Shown here: positions 1 to 9,227 of the stretch, piece after piece
Layout of the letters: every line of letters starts with the position of its first letter
Numbering within the stretch: the stretch's first letter is position 1
Assembly (NCBI GenBank): GCA_001915065.1
Contig: MNDT01000003.1
Location: forward strand, 6,908 to 70,907
From: an archaeon 13_2_20CM_2_53_6
GTDB taxonomy: Archaea > Thermoproteota > Bathyarchaeia > 40CM-2-53-6
Length of the DNA: 64,000 nt
Reading direction: 5' to 3'
Notes under the pieces: generated by a model
Database searches by the model: none
What the model was told of the DNA's origin: nothing
Seen by the model: the letters and a program-made list of their open reading frames with translations, nothing else
Made by a program: the position numbers and the translations under genes

Positions 1-1000
1 TTCGGCCCGAACTCTGCCGCTCGATCATCCAATTAGGGTACTGGACCCGGGGCTTTGTTATTCTATCCAGATTCTCCAACTGCCCCGCCGTCAGGTTCAC
101 GTCAAGAGCGCCAAGGTTCTGCTCGAACTGCTCCATTGTTCTGGCTCCGAGTAGGACGATGTGGCTCTTGGAGAGAAGCCAGGATAGAGCGATCTGAGCA
201 GGAGTAGCGCCCTGTTCCTCGGCTATCTGCTTAACCTTCTCTACAATTCCGAATCCTGTTGTCTCGTCGAAGAATGGGAAGAACAATCCCCTGTTCCCCG
301 CCCGCGTGCCTGCCGGAGGCTTCGAATCTTTCGCGTACTTGCCTGAGAGCGTTCCTCCATGCAGGGGACTCCAGACGAGCAGTGTCATCTTGCCGTACCG
401 CATGAAGGGAAGGATCTCATGCTCGATGTCCCGGTTCAAGAGACTGTAGTTCATCTGCGCTGTCTCGTATCTTGAGTATCCCCTCTCCTCGCATCTCGCC
501 TGGAGAGTGCTCATCTGCCAGGCGGTGAAGTTTGAGACTCCGGGATATCGTACATAGCCCCGCTCGACCAGGTCCTGCATTGCTTCGAGAGATTCGTCAA
601 GGGGGACGTGCGAGTCCCACGAGTGGAACTGGTAGAGGTCGACCCAGCTAGTTCCCAGCCTCTCGAGACTCTTCTGGATTGCGATCTCAATATGGTGTCG
701 TGATAGGCCTATCTCGTTTATCCCCGCCCCTGTCCGTCCTCTCACTTTTGTGGCGATGAGGATCTGATCTCTGTACGGTTTCAGCGCGCTCCCCAGGCTC
801 TTTTCTGATTCACCTTCGTCATAGACGTCGGCCGTATCGAAGAGATTGATGCCAGAATCAATCGCCCTCGCTACCAGCTTGTTGACAGTGTCCTGGCCCA
901 GGCCGCCTAGTTTCCAGACGTTCTTTTCTCCAAAAGTCATAGCTCCCAGTGCGAGGAGAGATCCGTGGACCCCGGTTCGTCCGATAGGAGTATACTTCAT
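1..1000 (-). CDS. aldo/keto reductase (partial; C-terminus lies beyond the window start)
   Basis: Not in the ORF track because it runs off the window. Reverse translation from ATG (complement of 998-1000) gives MKYTPIGRTGVHGSLLALGAMTFGEKNVW...INLFDTADVYDEGESEKSLG...WVDLYQFHSWD...GVSNFTAWQM, a typical AKR motif pattern over about 333 codons. Confidence 0.85.
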   Translation of the reverse strand, partial: MKYTPIGRTGVHGSLLALGAMTFGEKNVWKLGGLGQDTVNKLVARAIDSGINLFDTADVYDEGESEKSLGSALKPYRDQILIATKVRGRTGAGINEIGLSRHHIEIAIQKSLERLGTSWVDLYQFHSWDSHVPLDESLEAMQDLVERGYVRYPGVSNFTAWQMSTLQARCEERGYSRYETAQMNYSLLNRDIEHEILPFMRYGKMTLLVWSPLHGGTLSGKYAKDSKPPAGTRAGNRGLFFPFFDETTGFGIVEKVKQIAEEQGATPAQIALSWLLSKSHIVLLGARTMEQFEQNLGALDVNLTAGQLENLDRITKPRVQYPNWMIERQSSGR

Positions 1001-1140
1001 CTGCATCGCATGATCAAATGGATGGAGTAAAGAGTTTAACATAAAGATAGATCGGCGCTGAAAACTTTGATGCATTGTCTCAATAGGCGAGCGTGCTTGG
1101 TCTGGGGCGTGTCTCTTCAGGGTAGGTCAATTGTAGTGTT

Positions 1141-1491
1141 TTGAGGTCAATTGTGGACGGACGACTTATTGCAGGAGATAGCCCTAGTTGCAATGAGAAC
1201 CCAGTCTGGAGGCTTGAGAACAGTTTGCCCGTGACGATCACTCCCAGGTGCCCGAGGTGCGGCATGCGCCTCTACGCCGTGCGCGCCAACAGACCTGGGA
1301 TAGGCTCCAGCGGCGACACAGCTCTCCCCTTTGGCTATTGCTGGGAGTGTGAGGAGCTGTTCAAGGTTGACGTGGAGCTCGAGCAGTTGAAGCCTCGTAA
1401 AGCGGAGTCTCCGCCGAGTAACCGGGCGGCTAACCCTTCAAGGCAGCGAGCAAACGGGGACACCAATAACGAAGATTCAGCACGCTATTGA
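1141..1491 (+). CDS. hypothetical small zinc-ribbon protein
   Basis: 116-aa ORF with the pair CPRCG...CWEC. Start is uncertain (TTG 1141 or GTG 1231). No family recognised. Confidence 0.35.
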   Translation: MRSIVDGRLIAGDSPSCNENPVWRLENSLPVTITPRCPRCGMRLYAVRANRPGIGSSGDTALPFGYCWECEELFKVDVELEQLKPRKAESPPSNRAANPSRQRANGDTNNEDSARY

Positions 1492-1614
1492 GAATCGGTC
1501 TCTCTACCTAGACCCTGGACTCTACATCCAACCCAACAGTTCTAGGATCGGTCACGGTCGGTGTCGATCCGTTCATGAGCAAGCCTTGATGCTAATCTAT
1601 GCGGGATCCTCTCG

Positions 1615-2004
1615 ATGGAAGGGAGAGCTGACTCCGGGATTGAGATCAGACGGATTCTGCTCTTGACTAGGCTACAGAAGACCCCGAAGGGCCTAACGAT
1701 GAATCAGCTCGTCAGAGATTGTAGCAGGGTTGACGGTTGGAATATTCTTGGGACGGGTCTCTGGGAAGGGGTCCGGATTGTCTTGCAGAGCCTGATCAAT
1801 GATGGGCTCGTGGCGGTGAAGACCAAGTTTCTGATCACAATGAAAGGCCGGGATTATCTCGCAGATCCGTTAAAGTGGAGGCTAAACGTGGAGACGACCC
1901 AGGAGGTGGAGAGGAAACTGTTCTGGAACAGCATATACGAGATCTTCGACAAGGCCCTCACTCGGCTCCGAGCCAGATCACAGCCCTCTTCGAGGAAGGA
2001 GTAA
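1615..2004 (+). CDS. hypothetical protein, possibly winged-helix
   Basis: 129-aa ORF. The LTMNQLVRDCSRV...SLINDGLVAVK core resembles a wHTH. The assignment is weak. Confidence 0.4.
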   Translation: MEGRADSGIEIRRILLLTRLQKTPKGLTMNQLVRDCSRVDGWNILGTGLWEGVRIVLQSLINDGLVAVKTKFLITMKGRDYLADPLKWRLNVETTQEVERKLFWNSIYEIFDKALTRLRARSQPSSRKE

Positions 2005-2781
2005 CTGGAAATGTTTTGCCAATAACCTGTTGAACTCTCCTTGATCTTTCACCAAATGCTCAACGCGTTTCCAGCGTTCTGTTAGTATCAATTTCTCATC
2101 AGTGAGTGTCACTCTCCCTGTGGGAGTGAGCTTGCTGATTAATCGTCCTTGGGTAAAGTGGGATCGTGGGGAGGTCTGCTGGTACCTGTTCCTGGCTGCG
2201 AAGTCGGCGAGCTTTCTTGGGCGCAGAGTAAACGCATACTGAGGCTTCCAAGTAGTTTCGTCCGCGCTCCGGCGTAACAGTAGCCTCGTCTTTCCTTTGC
2301 TAACGATCCGATAAACTTCGCCCTTGTCTTGCTGCGCAACAGCGCTATCGAGCCGTTTTGGCTCAGTGAACAGATCTCCGAATCCGACATCGACTAGCCA
2401 GCGCTCTCCAAGACGGACGAGGAGTGTCAAATGGTCAAAATCCGGGCTGAAGCCTCCCTCCTTTCTCGCCACTCTAGCAGAGAGCATTGAAACCTTGAAG
2501 CCGAGGCGCTTCAACAGCCAAGCGAAGCATCCGTTCAGCTCGTAGCAGTAGCCGCCCCGACGGTTCTCGACTATCTTCTCGTAGAAGAATCTCTCATCGA
2601 GGATTATCGGTCGGCCTACGTGGATGTCGAGGTTCTCGAACGGCACTGTGAGCAAGTGTCGATGGTGCATCCTGCGTAGGACGTCAATGTGCGGAGTCAG
2701 AGGACCTCGATAACCTATCCGTTTCAGATAGGACGCGGCATCCACTTTTCGAATGTTGATTGACATGAGCTTGTTTTTCAT
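1978..2781 (-). CDS. arylamine N-acetyltransferase
   Basis: 267-aa ORF with YLKRIGY, VPFENLDI, RRGGYCYELN (catalytic Cys) and DHLTLLV...WLVDVGFGD. Likely start is MSINIRK at 2766. Confidence 0.85.
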   Translation of the reverse strand: MKNKLMSINIRKVDAASYLKRIGYRGPLTPHIDVLRRMHHRHLLTVPFENLDIHVGRPIILDERFFYEKIVENRRGGYCYELNGCFAWLLKRLGFKVSMLSARVARKEGGFSPDFDHLTLLVRLGERWLVDVGFGDLFTEPKRLDSAVAQQDKGEVYRIVSKGKTRLLLRRSADETTWKPQYAFTLRPRKLADFAARNRYQQTSPRSHFTQGRLISKLTPTGRVTLTDEKLILTERWKRVEHLVKDQGEFNRLLAKHFQLLLPRRGL

Positions 2782-2893
2782 TCTTCGAATTACCTGCGTG
2801 GAAAAAAATCCCGGCTATTCCAGTAACACGCCTCGTCATTCTCCGCGATTCCCGCCCATAAGATAATCCTCCATCGACCCAACACGTAGGCTT

Positions 2894-3805
2894 TCAGGTA
2901 GCGTAACTTTCGTGAAGACGTTTGTGGGGATCAATATGAGGTACCGGTGTCACGACGAATCGTCTGAGTCCCTTGATGGTCGCTCTGACAGAGGACTCGA
3001 GTTGGGTGGCGACTTCATGCGCCTGGTCGAGGGTTATGCTACCGTCCACTTCGACTTGTAGTGCTCCTACTATGAAGGGTCCGGCTCTTCGGAGGCGAAG
3101 GTCTCTGATTCCCTTGACATGGGCATGGGATCTAATTACGGATTCTATCTTCTTAGATAGTTCCGGCTCGTGGAACTCGTCCAAGAGCACTAGGGTTGAT
3201 TCTCTGATGGTAACGTAGGCGACTGACAGGATGTAGACCGCTACAAGCATTCCTCCGATGGCGTCCGCATGATAAACTCCGAAGCTCGCTACAAGTACAC
3301 TGGCGAACGCGACGAAGCTGGATGTGGCGTCTTTGATCGAGTTCTTCGCATCCAGCTTGAGCGATAGTATGTTGTACTTGTTCGCGATTCGGCGCATCTG
3401 GAGCGCTCTGTACAGACTGCCCAGGCCAGCTGCCGCTAGGACGAGAAGCGCGAGGAGGGACAATCGTAGTGGAGATGGGTTTAGGAGAGCTCTGTAGGAT
3501 CTGAACAAGATGTATGCTGAGATGGGTATCAGGACTATTCCTGTGACAAATGCAGTGAAGCTCTCGACCTTGTAGTAGCCGTACTGAAACCGGCGGTTCG
3601 GCTTGCGGCGGACAAAGCGGAGCCCAGTCCAGACGAAGAAGCTGACTCCAGCGTCACCGATAGAGTCGATCCCATCGGCGAGTAGTGCTACGCTCCCGCT
3701 CACGGCACTGAACGCTATCTCTACGATGCCTAGGGCTAGTAGGGTCCAGACGGAGACTTTGGCTATTCGTTCTCCTTCGTGAAACCCTCTCGGTTCTTCC
3801 TGCAA
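2894..3805 (-). CDS. cation diffusion facilitator (CDF) metal efflux transporter
   Basis: 303 aa. Six N-terminal TM helices carry LLADGIDSIGD and HADAIGG motifs, followed by a C-terminal cytoplasmic domain. Confidence 0.85.
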   Translation of the reverse strand: MQEEPRGFHEGERIAKVSVWTLLALGIVEIAFSAVSGSVALLADGIDSIGDAGVSFFVWTGLRFVRRKPNRRFQYGYYKVESFTAFVTGIVLIPISAYILFRSYRALLNPSPLRLSLLALLVLAAAGLGSLYRALQMRRIANKYNILSLKLDAKNSIKDATSSFVAFASVLVASFGVYHADAIGGMLVAVYILSVAYVTIRESTLVLLDEFHEPELSKKIESVIRSHAHVKGIRDLRLRRAGPFIVGALQVEVDGSITLDQAHEVATQLESSVRATIKGLRRFVVTPVPHIDPHKRLHESYAT

Positions 3806-3989
3806 AGGGTAATTGTCTATTCTCCAGCTGTTCTAGAGATCTGTTGTTGCTATAAGGTGATTCCGCTTCTCTGGGACCAATGCGAAGAGCGTTGAGGATA
3901 CGGCTCCACCAGCACTGCGGAGATAGTTATCGGTCTGCCTAGAATCTGTATTATCTTTGGAAACGTGAATTCCCGTTTCTACGCAGCTA

Positions 3990-4871
3990 TTAGCCTTGCA
4001 TGTTTTTGCGGAAGTGGCTGTGACTAGCCCCAGAATCTTGCGCCCAGAATAGACGCGGCAATCGCAAACAATCCAGCCATGGGCAGTGTGACCATCCAGG
4101 CCGTCGCCATCCCCGGTGCCCGCGTTGCTGGGGGGTGTGTCCAATCAACGTCTTGGCCACCCGGTCCCCCCAAACTAGGGATCCGGCGACGACGGCGACG
4201 CCTACGATCACGTAGGGCAACCAGACAGTGTCCTCTGGTGTGCTTAGAAGGAGGAATGTTCCCAGCGCTGCCATTTTGGGAGCGTCGTTAACGCCCCTCG
4301 CGAAGGCGACACCTGCAGCGGAGCCCCAATCGGCTAACCCAACACGTCCCGAAGAAGTTTCACTCGCTTCAGCCCCTCGCCTGTGTAACAATCGGCTAAG
4401 TATGTAGACTCCTACCAATGCAGCAAACGGACCAGCGGCTAGGGGAAGGAGGATCCTCCAGATGAGAAAGTCCCATTGTAGACTCGAGGCACCGAGCAAG
4501 TAGACCGCCTGTACAATGATCGCGCCGACTATTGCGTGCGTTGTCGAGACTTGAATCCTGAGGAGAGTTGCGAGCAGGATCCAGGCCGCCGCACCTGCAA
4601 GCGCTGCTAGTATGAAGGAGGACCCGGGAGCGGTCTGGAGGAAGCTCTGGGGCGTGAACGCGGAGAACAGTCTGACCGAGATGACAATGGCAGCGACACT
4701 GCCAAGCCCGCTGAATATGCCCCCCCAGACAAGTGGCGAATATCGAGGCCGAAAGGTTGCTGTCTCAGGGTCTGTCATAAGAGCGATAATGCTCTTTCCA
4801 ACATCATTCGCTCCGTTGCCAAAGGCTAGGACGAACAAAACTGCCAGCCCAATGTCGGCCGTCACGGACAT
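3990..4871 (-). CDS. PiT-family inorganic phosphate transporter (C-terminal tail apparently out of frame)
   Basis: Carries GNGANDVGKS and ARGVNDAPKM signature pairs and VSTTHAIVGA. The last ~50 aa (Arg/Trp/His-rich) look non-native. A conserved AWMVTLP terminal helix lies in another frame (see finding). Confidence 0.7.
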   Translation of the reverse strand: MSVTADIGLAVLFVLAFGNGANDVGKSIIALMTDPETATFRPRYSPLVWGGIFSGLGSVAAIVISVRLFSAFTPQSFLQTAPGSSFILAALAGAAAWILLATLLRIQVSTTHAIVGAIIVQAVYLLGASSLQWDFLIWRILLPLAAGPFAALVGVYILSRLLHRRGAEASETSSGRVGLADWGSAAGVAFARGVNDAPKMAALGTFLLLSTPEDTVWLPYVIVGVAVVAGSLVWGDRVAKTLIGHTPQQRGHRGWRRPGWSHCPWLDCLRLPRLFWAQDSGASHSHFRKNMQG

Positions 4872-5310
4872 TAGTCTTCACCAAACTACCTTGTTCCGCC
4901 GGAACACGTTCCACTGTAGTGAAAGCCGAAAGCGTGAGGGCGATATTTGCAGATTGATACTATTGCCTTTGCAATACCTCAACAGTTTGGAGTAGCGGGC
5001 CGACAGCAGCTCATCGGAATGCCTTCCGATCCGATAGAGGTAGATGGCGACTCGGGGGGGTGTCTTGAGGAGACAGGCGTTGCGTCGACGATTTCGGCGA
5101 ACACAGTGGGATCATGCGTCATGCGATAAACCGTCCTCTCCCTCACGATCCGAGGGCTTGAATTAGATATATTCGAACTCTTGGTGCTTTGACCAAGTCG
5201 AGTCATTTGTGTTCTTCAATGTGTTGTGTGATGCATCTTGTGTTCTCTCGATGAGCGTTCAAATGCGTTGGATGAAATAACCGGATCGGATCTTGGGGGG
5301 AGAAAATCTC

Positions 5311-6078
5311 ATGAAGAAGCTATTCGGAGCTTCGCTAATCCTACTCTGCATCGGACTGGTCTCAGTAGCTCAGGGCAGCTCGACTGTCAGCACGGCTTTT
5401 GAGATGCCCGTCAATATCCAGACATCGATGTCCACCTCGGACTGCAGCAATTCGCCCGGGCCAACCATCACTCTTCAAGGAGCCTTGTCCCTAGGAGGAA
5501 TGGGAGTCAAACTCCTGTTCGAAAACAATGTCAAAGGCACACATACGCACACAGTAGAGTCGACTGCTAGCGCAACAGTCATCCCGCAGGGACAGAGTAT
5601 TCAGATTCCCAAGCAGCCCGTTCTCGGTGGGGTCGGCGGCAACCCGTACATCTGGCTACAGTTCATGGACGGTCACGATAACCCGCTCTCCGGCATGAAC
5701 TTCCTCGGAAGATGTGTCCAGGGTCTCTTCACAACATCCGCGGACTTCACCATCCCTTCCACTGCCATGGCACAGGTATCAGCAGTGGACTGCAGCAACA
5801 CCGGGTCTCACATCACTCTCTCGGGACAGCTAGCCCTATCAGGGATTAAGGCCAACCTCATCTTCGCCAATTCCGTGAACCTAGTCCACGAGAACACACA
5901 GTCTACAACTGTCAGCGTAGTCCTCATCCCAGCCGGCCAGACAATCTCGTTCGCAAAGCAACCATCTCTAGGCGGTGTAGGCGGAAACCCATGGATATTC
6001 CTCCAGTTCACTGATGGCAAGGGCAACACAGTGTCAGGCAGCTTCATGATGGGACGCTGCGTCCAGCTCTCCCGATAG
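5311..6078 (+). CDS. secreted protein built from two tandem copies of an unrecognised ~116-aa Cys-pair domain
   Basis: ORF track gives 5293-6078. ATG 5311 is preceded by GGGGGAG. Signal peptide is MKKLFGASLILLCIGLVSVAQG. The two halves align (DCSN...KQP.LGGVGGNP.I.LQF.DG...GRCVQ). Confidence 0.7.
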   Translation: MKKLFGASLILLCIGLVSVAQGSSTVSTAFEMPVNIQTSMSTSDCSNSPGPTITLQGALSLGGMGVKLLFENNVKGTHTHTVESTASATVIPQGQSIQIPKQPVLGGVGGNPYIWLQFMDGHDNPLSGMNFLGRCVQGLFTTSADFTIPSTAMAQVSAVDCSNTGSHITLSGQLALSGIKANLIFANSVNLVHENTQSTTVSVVLIPAGQTISFAKQPSLGGVGGNPWIFLQFTDGKGNTVSGSFMMGRCVQLSR

Positions 6079-6118
6079 GATAAGCATAGCCAAACGCGAC
6101 ACAGAACAATACTTCCCC

Positions 6119-6126
6119 TTTTTTTT
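6119..6126 (+). terminator. oligo-T (T8) tract downstream of the 5311-6078 gene
   Basis: A cccc-tttttttt-cc run lies 41 nt after the stop codon. Archaeal termination commonly uses oligo-T. Confidence 0.35.
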
Positions 6127-6360
6127 CCATTAATAATCGACTCCGTCACGGGACCGGGGATTTCTTGGGGATTCTCTAGAAAGTGGGGGGAGGTCACAAC
6201 GGTTGATTTCGTTTTGAGTGTACTTTTCGTGCGCGGCAGTTTATAGGAAGAGTCGCTCTACCGAGGATGGAGAGACAACGACAACGTTCAACGGCTGTTC
6301 TAGCTCTCGTGTGGGGAATCCCATTTGTGAGACTAGTTCTGGGGCCCGAGTGACCTGTCA

Positions 6361-6957
6361 ATGATCTCCCAAGTCAGGCAGGGACCCGAAAGGGTACCTG
6401 AGAGGAGGCTGGCGCTGGTCCACCGAGTCATCGTGCCTGACAAGGAGTATCCGAAAGAGTATGCAATTCTAGTGACGGATCGCCGATCAGTCTTCATCCG
6501 TCAGAGGAAGACGAGAAGGAGCTTTGTACTTCGCTACGAGATGAGGATTGGAACCGCGCTAGTGACAGACGTGATACCGAAGACCCTTGACGACTTTGAG
6601 CAAACCAGCCCTGAATCATTGATGGCAGATGACTCGAATCTCACCGTTCCACATGAGGCGGTTATCTCGCTGGCGATGAGAACGGAAGAGCATGAACGCC
6701 GTAAACGCGATCTTTTCCTGTGGTTGACGATGAGAAGGCAGGGGGAAGTCTTCCAAGTGTACAACTTCGAGATGAAATACCGGCTGGACCCGGATCGGGA
6801 CGCCATGATCAAATTCTACATGGTTCCTCTAGGAGCGTACTTCAAGCCCAGGAGACAGACCCAGAGCAGGGAAACGATCCTACGAGAATACGCAGCGGAC
6901 GCGCTTGAGATCTTTCAAAGGGTCCTTCCCCCGGATTGCATATTCGTAGCAGGATAG
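6361..6957 (+). CDS. hypothetical protein
   Basis: 198-aa ORF, soluble, with no recognisable motif. Convergent with the ATPase gene at 7000-8484. Confidence 0.5.
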   Translation: MISQVRQGPERVPERRLALVHRVIVPDKEYPKEYAILVTDRRSVFIRQRKTRRSFVLRYEMRIGTALVTDVIPKTLDDFEQTSPESLMADDSNLTVPHEAVISLAMRTEEHERRKRDLFLWLTMRRQGEVFQVYNFEMKYRLDPDRDAMIKFYMVPLGAYFKPRRQTQSRETILREYAADALEIFQRVLPPDCIFVAG

Positions 6958-6999
6958 CGGATCGTTCACATAGCGCAACTTCCAGTCTGTCAGCGCTGG

Positions 7000-8484
7000 T
7001 TACACTACTTCGGTGAGTCTTAATACGGGAAATCCTTTTTCGAATGAGAAGCTGACACCATGAATATTCGTAAATGGTTTGATGCCGTAGATAATCAATG
7101 AGCCGTTAATATTCTGCATCTTTACGTGATAGTCTGCTATTCTGAGAAAGTCCTCCCTAAGCTTGGTGGGCCTGGAGGCCAAGCCGATGCTGAGGGCCGC
7201 CGAATCCCGAATACTCGCACCAATGTCGGCAAGGCCAGGAAGGAATAGGTCTTCTCCATAGACTTGGACTATCTTGTCGAAATCGCTCGCCAGAACGATC
7301 GATGAGGAGACACTGGTCAACTCTTTCCAGCAAGCACCGAACAACAATGCATCATCCTCAAGGCTCCCTTTCAACAGCAACCGCCACTTCCTAGGGGGAA
7401 GAGTCTGGTTGAACTCTGCGATCCGAACCCTTTCTTCGAGAGCCTTCTGCCCGACGCATCGACCCAATGCTTCAGCTACGTTCTCAGAGCTGATAGTGCT
7501 GGTGGGAACGATGATCGAGGTGCCTCCCTGATTTACAAAGTTAGCGATGATGATCCTCAGTAGAAGTCTCACTTCGACAGGTGCAACGGTGTTGTTGAGG
7601 TCCAATAATAGCGAGGAGCCCTTCCTGATCCCACCCTTCAGCATCTTGTCCAGGTCGGAGCTGCCAGTCGAAAACGATGTTGCGGAGGGAGCAATAGACT
7701 CGGGCATCTTCGCCCTGGTCGGCGTAGCATCGACTATTTCGGAATCCGATAGGAATGTGAACCTGCCCTTGTCCAATGAGAATAGTCCTTGGCTGGTTTC
7801 TACTCTCAGCCCCCGTAGCTTGTTCACAGAGAGCGTCCTGACTCTACGGCCTTCCAGCTGAGATAGGGAGAGATTGACTACTCCGTCCACGAGATGAGAC
7901 ATGTCGCCCGTCTGTCCCCCCTCATTCACGAGCACAACACTCACCTTGCTCTCTTCAGGCTCGGAAAGGATAGCTGACTCGAGCATGCGGCGCCCTTCTT
8001 CGGTTGTGTTTCTGAGAGCCCCTTCCCAACTATCTATGACGATGAGGCTCCTCTGTGAGGAGTGTTTCATATTCAGAACTTTGCTGAGGATACTGTCAGC
8101 CTGCGAGACGCGAAAATCGTTGACTCCCTCAGGCACATTGCCTTTTACTGATCTACCCGATATCGAATCGACCACCTCGTTTAACCAGGGAAAATGTTTC
8201 CGCAGCCTGGGAGGCGAGACACGGCTCGAAATGTAAAGTCTGTTGGGAGGAACGGTGCGGGATCCGATCCGCGGTCCCTCCATCCGTCGAAGAAGCTCCA
8301 GTGCGAGAGTGGTCTTTCCAGTGCCAGGCGGACCTTGAATCAGCAGCACATTCCCGGTCGACTCCAAGAATTTCATGATGAGACCGAGTAGGTCAGCGCT
8401 TCCAGACTGGTCTGAAAGCGGGGTCCCAATTTCAACATCTGGGACCTCCAGTTCTGGGCCAGAGGGGTTGCCCTCAGTAATCAT
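7000..8484 (-). CDS. two-domain RecA-superfamily (KaiC/GvpD-like) ATPase; second domain lacks a P-loop
   Basis: 494 aa. N-domain has Walker [20 protein letters not shown] and Walker B-like SLIVIDSWEG. The second half starts like a KaiC domain (STGSSDLDKMLKGGIRKGSSLLLDL) but has no GxxGxGKT. Confidence 0.75.
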   Translation of the reverse strand: MITEGNPSGPELEVPDVEIGTPLSDQSGSADLLGLIMKFLESTGNVLLIQGPPGTGKTTLALELLRRMEGPRIGSRTVPPNRLYISSRVSPPRLRKHFPWLNEVVDSISGRSVKGNVPEGVNDFRVSQADSILSKVLNMKHSSQRSLIVIDSWEGALRNTTEEGRRMLESAILSEPEESKVSVVLVNEGGQTGDMSHLVDGVVNLSLSQLEGRRVRTLSVNKLRGLRVETSQGLFSLDKGRFTFLSDSEIVDATPTRAKMPESIAPSATSFSTGSSDLDKMLKGGIRKGSSLLLDLNNTVAPVEVRLLLRIIIANFVNQGGTSIIVPTSTISSENVAEALGRCVGQKALEERVRIAEFNQTLPPRKWRLLLKGSLEDDALLFGACWKELTSVSSSIVLASDFDKIVQVYGEDLFLPGLADIGASIRDSAALSIGLASRPTKLREDFLRIADYHVKMQNINGSLIIYGIKPFTNIHGVSFSFEKGFPVLRLTEVV

Positions 8485-8658
8485 TGAGAATCAGAGCCAT
8501 TGGAGTCCAACTTTTCTTACAAGTATTCCGTTACCAGCGCCCGCCCAGGTCATTGGAGTCCCGAATAGTATATCGAAACTAGAAATGTTCTGTATTCCGA
8601 TAGTACTGTCGTGTTCTTCCATAACAGGATCCTGACGCTTCTTCTGGGATCGTCCGCT

Positions 8659-9144
8659 TCAGCTCTTTCGACTCAGTATGTTGGAAACGTAGTCTTGGAA
8701 GGGCTTGTCGAACATTCCTTCCGAGGTTCGATGAACATCGCGGAATGCGGGATGTCTCGTCACGGCCTCGAGAAAGAGGCTCCACTGGTTCCAGGTGTCA
8801 CTGTCTATCCATTTCTTTCTGTAGAGCAGGTGAATCCTCTCAAATATTCCGTAGAGGAGGAGCATGTAGTTTCGGACAACCATGCTCTCTGGAGGTTGAG
8901 ATTGGAGCTCCGCGCGCGTGGGCATGTTTGCTCTCGCCATCTCCATGGGAAGTTTGCTCAACTGGGGATTCTCAACGAGCATCTTCATCGAGTCAGTATA
9001 ATCGTCCAATGCTCTCTGGTAGGCTGCCTCTCTCGTGGCATTGTTCTGGCTGCGGAAGGAGAGAATGAAGATTACAAGCGTTAGGGTCAGGACGATCGTC
9101 TGAGCAACAGTGCTCCAGACTACTGGGTCGGATATGTCAACCAA
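8659..9144 (-). CDS. hypothetical membrane-anchored protein
   Basis: 161 aa with a TTG start. One N-terminal TM helix (VAQTIVLTLTLVIFILSF), then a helical soluble part. Confidence 0.5.
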   Translation of the reverse strand: MVDISDPVVWSTVAQTIVLTLTLVIFILSFRSQNNATREAAYQRALDDYTDSMKMLVENPQLSKLPMEMARANMPTRAELQSQPPESMVVRNYMLLLYGIFERIHLLYRKKWIDSDTWNQWSLFLEAVTRHPAFRDVHRTSEGMFDKPFQDYVSNILSRKS

Positions 9145-9227
9145 CGCAGGGCAACCCTCTTGACAGGTCCATGGAATTTAACAGTACCATTCACTAAAGA
9201 TAGCTCGCCGAAAATACATTTGCGACT

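Noticed and set aside
4872-5292. Overlapping 60-75-aa ORFs upstream of the PiT gene, one crossing a C7/G7 run
   Set aside because: Adding one base to the run gives a 110-aa ORF, but no family is recognisable and the composition is poor. Evidence is insufficient to call a gene.
7000-8484. Gas-vesicle locus suggested by GvpD-like features of the ATPase
   Set aside because: No gvpA/J/M/N/O/F/L-like genes are in the window. The resemblance is limited to the P-loop domain.
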